Source: a bacterium (GTDB taxonomy: Bacteria; Patescibacteriota; Saccharimonadia; Saccharimonadales; SZUA-47). From it: 64,000 bases of DNA. The stretch lies in the NCBI GenBank assembly GCA_030428125.1, contig JAUIBF010000001.1:162793-226792 (forward strand). Reading direction: 5' to 3'. Position numbers and translations under genes: made by a program. The notes under the pieces were generated by a model, which saw only the letters and a program-made list of their open reading frames with translations, searched no databases and was not told where the DNA came from. Shown here in pieces: positions 48,631 to 58,291 of this stretch (positions within the stretch are counted from its first letter, which is position 1; each line of letters begins with the position of its first letter).

Positions 48631-49359
48631 TTAAATAATTTTTCTAATTTTAGAAAATAGTGCTTTAGAATGGCTACCTTCGAAATTATGTTTGGCGCCT
48701 TCTATAATGTCGTAAGAAGCAAAGGGCATATCTCTTAGCTCAAACCTTTCTTCGCCGACTATTTCTTCCGCACCGGACTCAAAAACGTGTATGTTGGGGT
48801 ACTTTGATAAAAGTTCTTTATATTCTTTATCCCAGTCAATGCTTTTAACTGAATCCATAAATTCCTTTGTAATATTCTTCGAAGTACCGGCTTTTGATCT
48901 AGATTTTACTATTTTGCCGAACCATACATCATCTCCGTATCTTGCGGTGTATTTTGTTGCAAAATCTCCAGCAGTTGGTGCAACAAATATACTTCCGGAA
49001 ATATCTGATAAGTCTAATCTAGCGTTAATCCCGCAACCCATCGAATGGCTTATTATCCAAATTTCGGACTCAGGATATCGTGATTTAGCAGTTTTTATAA
49101 GTTCTTGATTGCGAGTAACCATTGTATCTAAAGAATTAAGGCGTACTCCATTTTCCTCTGTTTGATTTTGATCAACCAGGAAAACGGCACAGTCTGAGAA
49201 TTCTTCGGCAACTTGGTAGAAGAACTTTTCGCCATCCCATCTCCGAACCCCATTGCCGTGAATACCGACAATAACTATCTTTGGATCGTCTGAATGGAAT
49301 ATTTCTTGCTCATATTTACCAGCTGAATCTTCCAGCTTTATAACTTCACTTTTTCTCAT
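48631..49359 (-). CDS. Alpha/beta hydrolase fold protein
   Basis: GIHG oxyanion region; SHSMG nucleophile elbow; C-terminal GAKHNF His. Confidence 0.75.
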   Translation of the reverse strand: MRKSEVIKLEDSAGKYEQEIFHSDDPKIVIVGIHGNGVRRWDGEKFFYQVAEEFSDCAVFLVDQNQTEENGVRLNSLDTMVTRNQELIKTAKSRYPESEIWIISHSMGCGINARLDLSDISGSIFVAPTAGDFATKYTARYGDDVWFGKIVKSRSKAGTSKNITKEFMDSVKSIDWDKEYKELLSKYPNIHVFESGAEEIVGEERFELRDMPFASYDIIEGAKHNFEGSHSKALFSKIRKII

Positions 49360-49412
49360 ATACTGATGATAGCATCTAAAATAGAGTCACATCTGTTAAA
49401 ATAGACAGGAAT

Positions 49413-49486
49413 GGCGCCTTGGCCGAGAAGTTAGGCAACGGTCTGCAAAACCGTGTAGACGGGAGCGTTACCCGTAGGTGCCTCCA
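49413..49486 (+). tRNA. tRNA-Cys (GCA) with non-canonical T loop
   Basis: GGCGCCT/AGGTGCC acceptor; U discriminator; acggt-ct-GCA-aa-accgt; T arm acggg-AGCGTTA-cccgt; CCA. Confidence 0.88.
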
Positions 49487-49651
49487 CGTCAGTAGCTGCA
49501 GCATGCTTGGTTATTTTCCCCCGAACAAGTGGTGAAAAAACCAAGCATGTTTTGTTCTTCCTCTTCCGATTTCAGAATCCTCTCTAAAATCGGGTAAGCA
49601 ACGAATTGCTTATTAAGGGTAAAATGTGTAGAATTATACTGTTATTTACTG

Positions 49652-49739
49652 GGGCGAGTGGCGGAATTGGTATACGCGACGGACTTAAAATCCGTTGGTT
49701 GAATAAACCTTGAGGGTTCAAGTCCCTCCTCGCCCACCA
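49652..49739 (+). tRNA. tRNA-Leu (TAA)
   Basis: GGGCGAG/CTCGCCC acceptor; acgga-ct-TAA-aa-tccgt; long variable arm; gaggg-ttcaagt-ccctc; CCA. Confidence 0.95.
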
Positions 49740-49996
49740 CGTCAATAACGCACAAAGAACTTGCATGATTTTCTAAGAATAAATATCAGAAAATACCGCA
49801 AGTTCTTTTTGATATTTCCTCTTCCCCACAAAACAGGTTTTGCGGGGACCCCTTTGTGGGCGAGGAGGGACTTACTGATAAGAGGGCACATTGGACTTAG
49901 ACCTTGAGGGTTCAAGCCTCTCCTCGCCCACTAGCCTCGTGATTCATCAAAGGTGGGTTGTTTTTACTATGCTTTGATAGACCTGAACCCCTGGGA
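49740..49996 (+). repeat. tRNA-linked palindromic array with antisense and direct copies of the tRNA-Leu 3' end
   Basis: 86-nt trailer shared with tmRNA; exact 18-bp inverted copy at 49856-49873; 29/31 direct copy at 49901-49931. Confidence 0.8.
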
Positions 49997-50053
49997 TGGA
50001 GTTGACGGAGGCTCGAACTAGATATGTATCTGTTGTTTAGCTATACTGTACTA

Positions 50054-51511
50054 ATGAGTAAAAATAATTTCTACGTGGCAACTGCTATTCCGTACGTTAA
50101 TGCTAGACCACACTTAGGTCATGCAATTTTATACTTATACGCTGACACCTTTGCGCGCTATCACAGACAACTCGGTGATAACGTGCTGTTTACTGCTGGT
50201 ACTGATGAGCACGGTGGCAAAATTGAAGAATCGGCAAAAAACGCCGGCAAAACGCCTCAGAAACTTGTAGATGAAATTAGCGCTAGTTTTAAGGATGGTT
50301 TACAGCAGCTAGGAGTGTCGAATGACCGATTTATTCGTACAACAGATAAGGACCACGAAACAAGAGCAGCGGCTATCTGGAAAAATTTATCAAAAGATAT
50401 CTACAAAAACACTTATATGGGGATGTACTGTACGGGATGCGAAGAATTTAAGACCGAAGCATATGTTAAGGAAACAAACGGAGTTTGTCCGAACCACAAT
50501 CGTGAATATGAAAAGGTCGAGGAAGAAAACTATTTCTTCAGACTATCTAATTATACAGACCAGATAAAGCAGGCAATCGAATCCGGTCAAATGACAATTC
50601 ATCCGAAATCGCGAAGGAATGAAATACTCGGTGTAATCAATGAAGGATTAGAAGACATTAGTATATCTCGCTCAGCAAGTAAAGTTACTTGGGGTATTGA
50701 AGTTCCTGGTGATAAAACTCAAGTTATGTATGTATGGTTCGAGGCTTTGATGAACTACATCACAGTATTAGGCTACCCAGAAGGCGAGGATTTCAAGACC
50801 TTTTGGCCTGCTAATGTACAAGTGCTAGGCAAAGATATTTTACGATTTCATGCAGCTATTTGGCCTGCGATGTTGCTGGGACTAGGAATTGAACTTCCAA
50901 AAGTGCTTTATGTGCATGGCTTTGTGACACACGATGGTCAAAAAATGAGTAAAAGCTTAGGTAATGTCGTAGATCCACTGGAAGTAATTAGTAAATATGG
51001 ACTAGACGCCTTCAGGTATTACTTCTTACGACATGGCCCAGCATCAGAGGATGTAGATTTCACTTGGGAAAAGTTCGAGGACGCATACAATAATGAGCTT
51101 GCAAACGAGCTCGGAAACGGCGTTCAAAGAGTTGCTGCAATGATTAAGAAGTACCAAAATGGAGTCGTAGGCGACATACCAGAGCCTACCCATGACGTGG
51201 GATTGTACCAGCAATATATTGAAGAATGCCGGTTAGATAAAGCTTTAGATATTGTGTGGGACCAGGTAAGGGGACTTAATCAGTTTATTGAAGAAGAAAA
51301 ACCTTGGTCGATTGCCAAAGAAGACGACGGGGACCACTTGCAAGAAGTTCTAGCTCAAGCAGCAGGATCGTTAATGGAGATTGCTGACCTGCTTGTGCCT
51401 TTCTTGCCAAATACGGCAGAGAAGATTCAGTACGTTTTCAGCGAAGGAATTATCCGGCCACTTGATGATGCATCGTTATTCCCAAAAAACGATAAGTATG
51501 CAGTTAACTGA
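50054..51511 (+). CDS. metG: Methionine--tRNA ligase
   Basis: HLGH (HIGH), [27 protein letters not shown] and KMSKS motifs. Confidence 0.96.
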   Translation: MSKNNFYVATAIPYVNARPHLGHAILYLYADTFARYHRQLGDNVLFTAGTDEHGGKIEESAKNAGKTPQKLVDEISASFKDGLQQLGVSNDRFIRTTDKDHETRAAAIWKNLSKDIYKNTYMGMYCTGCEEFKTEAYVKETNGVCPNHNREYEKVEEENYFFRLSNYTDQIKQAIESGQMTIHPKSRRNEILGVINEGLEDISISRSASKVTWGIEVPGDKTQVMYVWFEALMNYITVLGYPEGEDFKTFWPANVQVLGKDILRFHAAIWPAMLLGLGIELPKVLYVHGFVTHDGQKMSKSLGNVVDPLEVISKYGLDAFRYYFLRHGPASEDVDFTWEKFEDAYNNELANELGNGVQRVAAMIKKYQNGVVGDIPEPTHDVGLYQQYIEECRLDKALDIVWDQVRGLNQFIEEEKPWSIAKEDDGDHLQEVLAQAAGSLMEIADLLVPFLPNTAEKIQYVFSEGIIRPLDDASLFPKNDKYAVN

Positions 51512-52292
51512 TACACATTGTCACATCCACGATAGCGAGTTTGCTAAAAAGTTTGAAAAAACTGCCGATCAGATGATTAATGATGCTGTTGAAGTTGATG
51601 TTACTGAATTTGTGTGTGTAGGGACTGATCAGAAAAGTAGTGAAGAAGCAGTTGATTTTTGCAGTAATCATAAGAACTGTCACGCTTCTGTCGCTCTTCA
51701 TCCTCACGAGGCAGCAGATAAAACTCTAGGGACTCTAAAAAAGGAATTTGAGGTAGTTGAGAACCTTGCTCGAAATAACGAAATTGTTGCAATCGGGGAA
51801 TGTGGTCTAGATTATTTTTATCATTCGAGTGAAGACACACGAGAAAAACAGAGGGAAGTCTTTCGTTGGCATCTAGAGCTCGCGATGTCTTTGAGTTTAC
51901 CGGTGATTTTTCATATTCGTGATGCATTCGATGATTTTTTCAGCATCATTGACGAGTATCCTGAAATAACAGGGGTAGTTCACAGCTTCTCTGCTGGAGA
52001 AGAAGAGGCAAAGGGTGTCGTAGCTCGTGGACTATACGCCGGTTTAAACGGAATCATTACGTTTACAAAAAACCAAAAACAGCTTGATGGTGCTAAACAA
52101 ATTCCACTTGAAAAATTAGTACTGGAAACAGATGCTCCCTTCTTGACGCCATCCCCGTTTCGTGGTACAATCAACGAGCCTAAACATGTGATATTAATCA
52201 CACAATTTCTCAGTGAGTTGCGTGGTGAATCACAGGCGTTATTGGCAGAACAAACAACCAAAAACGCAAAAAAACTCTTTAAACTAAACTAA
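51498..52292 (+). CDS. tatD: TatD family nuclease
   Basis: [27 protein letters not shown] and LETDAPFL motifs; follows metG. Confidence 0.92.
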   Translation: MQLTDTHCHIHDSEFAKKFEKTADQMINDAVEVDVTEFVCVGTDQKSSEEAVDFCSNHKNCHASVALHPHEAADKTLGTLKKEFEVVENLARNNEIVAIGECGLDYFYHSSEDTREKQREVFRWHLELAMSLSLPVIFHIRDAFDDFFSIIDEYPEITGVVHSFSAGEEEAKGVVARGLYAGLNGIITFTKNQKQLDGAKQIPLEKLVLETDAPFLTPSPFRGTINEPKHVILITQFLSELRGESQALLAEQTTKNAKKLFKLN

Positions 52293-52311
52293 TCACAAAT
52301 TTCGATAGTAT

Positions 52312-52740
52312 ATGGATCCACTTTTTAGTCCTGAATTTTTGTTGAGCCCCGAAAGACTTTTCGGAGCAGTTGTTGAGTGGCGCAGAACTTTAATTGATCG
52401 AAGCTCAGTCGAAGCCGCACAAGCATTAGGTGCTATGAGAGAAATTCATCCTGAGCGTGAGTATCAAAACCGAAAACTATTCATGTCGTCTGTTGCACGA
52501 AATACAGATATATTTGGGTCAGTGGTCGAGTCCGACCATGACCCCCTACTTGCGAATGTTACTCCTATAAGACGAGAGTCACCGGAGGTAGTTGAAACAG
52601 AAAAAGCCCACATTGCCTACCTGAATGCCGTATCTGGTGATTTAAGAGCTGAAAAAGAAGCAACTATAACTGACGAAGTAGCTAGACAAAGAGATGCCCG
52701 ACAGCGCATAGAGTTGTATTACGGCAAAGAGGCCGCTTAA
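52312..52740 (+). CDS. Hypothetical lysine-poor protein
   Basis: 142-aa ORF between tatD and the next gene. Confidence 0.55.
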   Translation: MDPLFSPEFLLSPERLFGAVVEWRRTLIDRSSVEAAQALGAMREIHPEREYQNRKLFMSSVARNTDIFGSVVESDHDPLLANVTPIRRESPEVVETEKAHIAYLNAVSGDLRAEKEATITDEVARQRDARQRIELYYGKEAA

Positions 52741-52744
52741 AGAC

Positions 52745-53107
52745 ATGAATTTATTTACAAGATTCTTCACCAAATATTTTGCAAAACCTAACAAAGCCGA
52801 AGACATCGAGCGTGAACTTATACGTCGCGAAGCTGAGATTGGCCGAGGTGTTTTCGGTCCAGTTCCTAAGGGCACTAAAAGAGAGTTTTTTTGTCTAGAT
52901 AGAGATACGTGGATTTGGCAAGAAACAGCAAATGGCAGGATGAGAACTACTAAGTACAAGGTCAAAAAGGCAGAGATCATTAAGTCTGTCGATGGTAGTC
53001 AGTACGAAAGGGTTAGCTTGGAAGAAGCACAGAGATTTGCAGCGGCGACAAAAACTTATAACGAACGTGTAAAACGCGAATTGTACGATAAACTCTCTTT
53101 TGCGTAA
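52745..53107 (+). CDS. Conserved hypothetical protein
   Basis: LIRREAEIG..VFGPVP.G..REFFCLD..TWIW.E pattern looks family-conserved. Confidence 0.7.
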   Translation: MNLFTRFFTKYFAKPNKAEDIERELIRREAEIGRGVFGPVPKGTKREFFCLDRDTWIWQETANGRMRTTKYKVKKAEIIKSVDGSQYERVSLEEAQRFAAATKTYNERVKRELYDKLSFA

Positions 53108-53116
53108 GATAGATAC

Positions 53117-54256
53117 ATGACTAGAGTTTATCTGGATAATGCCGCAGCTACCCCGGTAGACAAGAGGGTCTTAGATTCAATGCTACCGTTTTTTACTGAT
53201 AAGTTCCACAATCCTTCTGCTTTATACAAGGGAGCACGAGATGCAAAACTAGCTCTAGACGATGCACGCAACTCGGTTGCAAAAAGCATAGGCGCAAAAC
53301 CTTCAGAAATTATATTCACTGCTGGTGGTACCGAGTCCGATAATCTGGCTATTTCTGGTGTCATGAAAGTCGTTGAAGACGCCGAATTGCTTATTAGTGC
53401 AGTTGAGCACGATGCAGTCTTTGAGCCGTCTAAAAGATTTAATTCCAAGCAAATCGTTGTTGATCAAAAAGGAGTCTTGGATTTAACCAGCCTTAAATCA
53501 TTGATAACCGACAAAACAGTTCTTGTTAGCGTTATGTTAGTAAATAACGAGATAGGTACTATTCAGCCGCTTATGGAAGTGGTAAAAATCGTAGAAGCTG
53601 AAAGAAAACAGAGACAGCTAAACGGGAATAAAAACCCAATTTATGTTCACTCAGATGCATGTCAGGCACCTCTCTATCTAGATGTAAATGTTGGTAGACT
53701 GGGCGTGGACCTGATGACACTAAACGGAGGAAAGATCCACGGGCCTAAGCAAAGCGGAATTCTGTACGTGAAAGCCGGGACAAAATTACTACCAGAAGTA
53801 CTCGGTGGAGGTCAGGAATTTGGTTATCGAAGCGGAACAGAAAATATAGCTTTTGCCGTCGGATTTTCAAAAGCTCTGGAGTTGGCAAGCAAAGGTCGGA
53901 ATGATCGAGTCAAAAAAGTAACGGAAGTCAGAGAGTATTTTATCGACAGCCTAGTTAAAAACCTTGGCGCCGAACTCAACGGTAGCAAAAAAATGAGAAT
54001 AGCGAACAATGTAAACGTATCTTTTGAAGGATTAGACAACGAACGTGCACTGTTCTCGCTGGATGAACTGGGAGTTGATGCGGCCGCAGGATCTGCTTGC
54101 AGTGCCAGCAAAGATGTTTCCTCAAGAGTTTTATCGTCTATAGGCAAGTCGGATATCGAAGCAAGGAGCAGCTTACGATTCAGTATAGGCGTAGACACAA
54201 CCAAGGAAGACATAGATTTTACCTTAAAACAGTTAGAAACTGCCTTGAGGGCCTAG
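53117..54256 (+). CDS. iscS: Cysteine desulfurase (IscS/NifS family)
   Basis: YLDNAAATP, FTAGGTESDN, NNEIGTIQP, HSDACQ, KIHGPK, RSGTEN and GSACSA motifs. Confidence 0.93.
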   Translation: MTRVYLDNAAATPVDKRVLDSMLPFFTDKFHNPSALYKGARDAKLALDDARNSVAKSIGAKPSEIIFTAGGTESDNLAISGVMKVVEDAELLISAVEHDAVFEPSKRFNSKQIVVDQKGVLDLTSLKSLITDKTVLVSVMLVNNEIGTIQPLMEVVKIVEAERKQRQLNGNKNPIYVHSDACQAPLYLDVNVGRLGVDLMTLNGGKIHGPKQSGILYVKAGTKLLPEVLGGGQEFGYRSGTENIAFAVGFSKALELASKGRNDRVKKVTEVREYFIDSLVKNLGAELNGSKKMRIANNVNVSFEGLDNERALFSLDELGVDAAAGSACSASKDVSSRVLSSIGKSDIEARSSLRFSIGVDTTKEDIDFTLKQLETALRA

Positions 54257-54308
54257 CGTCAAATAAGCAAAAGCGTTATACTGTCTTACCAGAGGTAGCT
54301 ATAGCCCT

Positions 54309-55154
54309 GTGTTTGAACAAATAAAAAGAAAACTATCAATCAAGAAGGTTTCGGCGCTAATTGCCCTAGTTGGGCTAATAATTATTTCGCTGAGCGCTCC
54401 TTTGTCTGCACAAACGGTTACTCAAGGCTATAAGTCAGATGGAGTTTTGTACAGAGGTACAGTTGTTGCATTTGATGCAGAAGACACATCTAAAGTAGTG
54501 CCAGTAACGCCGGAAAATCAAGAGTTATTACATGGGGTTGTTGTCGCGCCTAATGATTCAACTTTTACACTGTCTCAAGAGCAAGAAAAAACTTTCGTGG
54601 CAACAGTAGGCAGGTTTGATGCGCTAGTCAGTACGGAGGCTGGGCCTATTCAACCCGGAGATTTCCTAACGGTATCTAATATTAGTGGTGTTGCAAAGAA
54701 AGCAGGTGAACAAGACGCCTACGCAGTCGGAAAAGCAGTCGAAGGTTTTAACGGGGAGGCAAATGCTATCACAGACCAGGACTTAAAAGACAGTCTGGGG
54801 GATACAAGTAATGTCACCATAGGGAGAGTGTCCGTAGATATAGCTGTAGGTTTTAATCCACTTTTAAAACCAAAAGATTCATCTCTGCCTGATTTCTTAG
54901 CTAAAGCCACGGAAGCGATAGCCGGTAAACAAGTAAGCGCTGTAAAGGTTTACATTAGTTTGTTCATTATCGTTGCTGCTGGAGGGATATCAGGTAGCTT
55001 GCTATATTCTGGCATCCGAAGTAGTGTGATTTCTATCGGGCGAAATCCACTTTCCAAAAAATCTATCACTAAAAGCCTGATGCAGATTATTTTAACAAGT
55101 ATAATTATTTTCCTGATTGGCCTATTTGGGGTATATTTATTACTAAGACTTTAA
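54309..55154 (+). CDS. Extracellular-domain / ATP synthase subunit c-like fusion membrane protein
   Basis: Signal peptide, ~190-aa beta domain, then a C-terminal helix-IGRNP-helix hairpin like AtpE but without the acidic ion-binding residue; first gene of the atp-like operon. Confidence 0.6.
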   Translation: MFEQIKRKLSIKKVSALIALVGLIIISLSAPLSAQTVTQGYKSDGVLYRGTVVAFDAEDTSKVVPVTPENQELLHGVVVAPNDSTFTLSQEQEKTFVATVGRFDALVSTEAGPIQPGDFLTVSNISGVAKKAGEQDAYAVGKAVEGFNGEANAITDQDLKDSLGDTSNVTIGRVSVDIAVGFNPLLKPKDSSLPDFLAKATEAIAGKQVSAVKVYISLFIIVAAGGISGSLLYSGIRSSVISIGRNPLSKKSITKSLMQIILTSIIIFLIGLFGVYLLLRL

Positions 55155-55197
55155 GCGTAAGCGAGAAGGGGTGGAGACTAGTTTTTACTAAATACAT

Positions 55198-55818
55198 ATG
55201 AGCTTAGAAACACTAATACTGGTACTGGTAGTTATTTTTTGTGTTACAGGAGCAGTTCTGTGGGCTATTTTGCGTGGTCCAGGTAAGGGCAAGGACAAAG
55301 GGAACGCCATTGAAGATCTTACCAGAGAGGCCAAAGAAGACGTCGAACATATCTTTAATGATGAATTTCGTGAAGAGCTCAGGAATCGTGGTCGTTTGCA
55401 TTTTGAAAAAATTATTGGTGAGAACGCTATGTTCTTGCAGCAAGATTTGCGCCTAACTACTTCACAGCTTAATGATTTTATGAAGTCCGAGGTTACACAT
55501 GTCCTGAAGGAAGAGTTTGCTAAGTACGAAGAATCAATTAATGATGCAAAACAGCTGGCTATTGATTCAATTCAAAAAACTCAGGACACCATAGAGCAAC
55601 AGAGAGAGCTTCTATCTGCACAAATGAATGAACAGATTAAAGCCGAGAAAAGTCGCACCCTAGAACGGTTTGAAGCAAGGATGGCGGATGTCGTCAATCA
55701 CTATGTATTAGAAGCAGTGGGGGATCAGATTGATTTAAGTGAGCAATTAGACTTTATTTTAAATCAAATGGAAGCAAATAAAGAAGCAATTATGCGCGAT
55801 ATTAAAGACGGGGCTTAA
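55198..55818 (+). CDS. ATP synthase subunit b-like protein
   Basis: Single N-terminal TM plus long coiled coil; position before the delta-like and alpha genes. Confidence 0.6.
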   Translation: MSLETLILVLVVIFCVTGAVLWAILRGPGKGKDKGNAIEDLTREAKEDVEHIFNDEFREELRNRGRLHFEKIIGENAMFLQQDLRLTTSQLNDFMKSEVTHVLKEEFAKYEESINDAKQLAIDSIQKTQDTIEQQRELLSAQMNEQIKAEKSRTLERFEARMADVVNHYVLEAVGDQIDLSEQLDFILNQMEANKEAIMRDIKDGA

Positions 55819-55836
55819 AAATAACCAGGGTGCAAT

Positions 55837-56577
55837 ATGGAAAACAAACAACTAATACTACCAGTTTCAGTCATATCACCAACTGATGTTGCGCGCTTGA
55901 CGAGAGAGGTCGAGAGCCTAGATGAATTTTTTAGACAATCAGAGATTAGGCAAGGTGGTACTCCGCAGTCTGTTCCTCGGTATAGCCGGTTGCTAGATGA
56001 AGTTGTTGTCGCTAACGACTTGAATTTGCTAGAAAAGTCCAACCGGACACTGCTATTGGGTGGCTTTCAGCAGTTACAAACTGACGCACCTGTGATGCAC
56101 ATTAGTTTTAGTGTAGACCCACCCGGTTCGTATGTGCAGAAAATTGTAGGATGGTTGCGCCAAAATATTGACGGATTAGTATTGGTTCGTATAGGGCTAA
56201 TGCCTAACATAGGCGCTGGTTGCGTGGTAAGAACCACAAATAAATCATTCGATTTTTCCTTGCGTAAGTATTTTGACTCAAAGCACGACTCGTTTATCAG
56301 TAGACTGCATAAGGTCGTTGCACCGGAAGAAATAACAAGCGCTGAAGCAGTAGGTGTTAGAGAAGTTAAGGCTGAAGAAACCAACCAACAAATTGACCAA
56401 TTACAGCCAGAGTCACCAGCAATCTCGCAAGAACCACCACAGGCCGAAGATGCTTCAGAGCAAGCAGAAGCAGAAGCTTCAGAACATGAGAGTCAAGAGA
56501 CTGTCCCAAATGACAGGACAAGTAGTGAATCAGCTGAGCCTGTAGTTCAATCTGAAGAAGTGGAGGTTGAGGTGTGA
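55837..56577 (+). CDS. ATP synthase delta-like protein with acidic disordered tail
   Basis: [10 protein letters not shown]....FDFSLR resembles the delta C-terminal domain; immediately before atpA. Confidence 0.6.
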   Translation: MENKQLILPVSVISPTDVARLTREVESLDEFFRQSEIRQGGTPQSVPRYSRLLDEVVVANDLNLLEKSNRTLLLGGFQQLQTDAPVMHISFSVDPPGSYVQKIVGWLRQNIDGLVLVRIGLMPNIGAGCVVRTTNKSFDFSLRKYFDSKHDSFISRLHKVVAPEEITSAEAVGVREVKAEETNQQIDQLQPESPAISQEPPQAEDASEQAEAEASEHESQETVPNDRTSSESAEPVVQSEEVEVEV

Positions 56578-58010
56578 ACACTGGCAATCAACACTTCGAT
56601 AAACTAGTCGAGTCGGGTAAGCCGGTCGGTGAAGTTATTGGTGTCGAGAAGTTTCTAGTTCGCGTGAAAGGGATTCAGCCTTGTAGGATACATGCCTTGG
56701 TGATGTTTGAGGATGGCTCCAAAGGATTCGTTCACCAAGTAACCAAAGATCACGTCGTGGTTTTACATCTAGGCGAGATAGAGGTCGCACTTGGAATGGT
56801 GGCAGTTATTCAACATGAGGAGCTAGTGTCTAAAGTCGGAAAAGATTTTATCGGACGGGTAGTAACAGTTACGGGTGAGCCACTTGACGGCAAAGGACCA
56901 ATTGCTGCCGATGCAGCTTGGCCAGTGTTTAAGACAGCGCCACCAATTTATCAACGAAAATTACTGGATACTCAACTGGAAAGTGGCGTAACCGCAATTG
57001 ATGCTCTGTTCCCTGTGGTACGTGGTCAGCGTATGGCACTGCTAGGAGATAGTAAGTCAGGTAAAAGTACAGTTGTAACTCAGTTAGCATTAAATCAAAA
57101 GAACACAGACCAAGTCGTTGTCTATGTGCTTATTGCTAAGCGTCGGAGTGATGTTGATACACTCTTGTCTAGATTAGAAAAAACTGGAGGCTTAGAAAAG
57201 GCTGTAGTTATTGTGAGTACAATGTTTGAGTCGCTCATCATGAGCTATATTGCGCCATATGTTGGAGTAGCTATGGCAGAGTTTTTCTGGCAGGAACTGG
57301 CTCAAGACACAATTATTATTTACGACGATTTAACTTCTCACGCGCATGCCTATCGAGAAGTCGCCTTGCTGTCAGGCGTTAGCCCAGGTCGCGATAGCTA
57401 TCCAGGTGACATGTTCTATGCTCACTCTAGCTTGCTGGAGCGTGCCGGAAGACTAGAGAGTAACGGCGCACACCTAACCTCTATTCCGATCATTAACGCC
57501 GCAGGGGGCGACATAACTGCATATTTGCCTACAAACGTTATGTCAATTACAGACGGTCAGTGGATTTTAGACATGAACACCTTTCGTGACGGTATACGAC
57601 CAGCTGTCAGTATGGGATTGAGTGTTACCCGTGTAGGTGGTGTTGGTCATAACAAGCGCCAAAAAGACCTGGCTTCAAAGACGCTCAAAACACTAGCTGC
57701 TTATCGTGAAGCTGAAGAATTCTCTCACTTCGGGTCAGAGCTTGCGCTAGAAGCAAAAAAGGCCCTAGAGACAGGTAAGTTGATTTTTAAGGTTCTTACA
57801 CAGTCGCCTGATCAAGTTTTTTCATTGAATGCACAACAGCTTATGCTGGACATAGTCTTGAATCGCGATGATGGAGCGCAGATTGATGTCGATAAACTGC
57901 AAGCAAATGCATCAGAAGTTGCTACAAAAATTACAGATGATACAGATGCGGCATATGATAAAGCACGTGATGAGCTTAAAAAAATTGCAGTTGTGGAGTT
58001 GAAGAAATGA
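56574..58010 (+). CDS. atpA: Divergent F1 ATPase alpha subunit
   Basis: IGRVV...[50 protein letters not shown] and [10 protein letters not shown] motifs. Confidence 0.9.
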   Translation: MNTGNQHFDKLVESGKPVGEVIGVEKFLVRVKGIQPCRIHALVMFEDGSKGFVHQVTKDHVVVLHLGEIEVALGMVAVIQHEELVSKVGKDFIGRVVTVTGEPLDGKGPIAADAAWPVFKTAPPIYQRKLLDTQLESGVTAIDALFPVVRGQRMALLGDSKSGKSTVVTQLALNQKNTDQVVVYVLIAKRRSDVDTLLSRLEKTGGLEKAVVIVSTMFESLIMSYIAPYVGVAMAEFFWQELAQDTIIIYDDLTSHAHAYREVALLSGVSPGRDSYPGDMFYAHSSLLERAGRLESNGAHLTSIPIINAAGGDITAYLPTNVMSITDGQWILDMNTFRDGIRPAVSMGLSVTRVGGVGHNKRQKDLASKTLKTLAAYREAEEFSHFGSELALEAKKALETGKLIFKVLTQSPDQVFSLNAQQLMLDIVLNRDDGAQIDVDKLQANASEVATKITDDTDAAYDKARDELKKIAVVELKK

Positions 58011-58291
58011 TTTATACGACACAGACCTCAACCAACACACATTCAGGTAAACTGAATGTTAACTGGTTGATTTTTGACCAGAATCAGTTTTTCTATTCCG
58101 TTTCTCACTTCCTCGTACGTAATGTACGCCTTGTTTCGATACTCATAGAGAAAACTAATTCTGATTCAAAATCTGTGCGTATAAATAAAACTTTTAAATT
58201 TGAGGGAGAGCAGTCGGAGCGTCGAATTTATTTCGCGCCCCGCACGCTGAGAGGGGGAGCCCCCCTCTCAAGGAGGCTTGCCGATGCGTAA
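58007..58291 (+). other. Palindrome-rich intergenic insert forming a 94-codon bridging ORF between atpA and atpG
   Basis: ATGA overlap with the atpA stop; stop overlaps the atpG ATG (58284); hairpins cgtac-gtaat-gtacg and tgagagggggagcccccctctca. Confidence 0.5.

Noticed and set aside
49856-49931. Additional tRNA gene or split/permuted tRNA
   Set aside because: No D arm or complete anticodon arm; it is an inverted plus direct copy of the tRNA-Leu 3' end.
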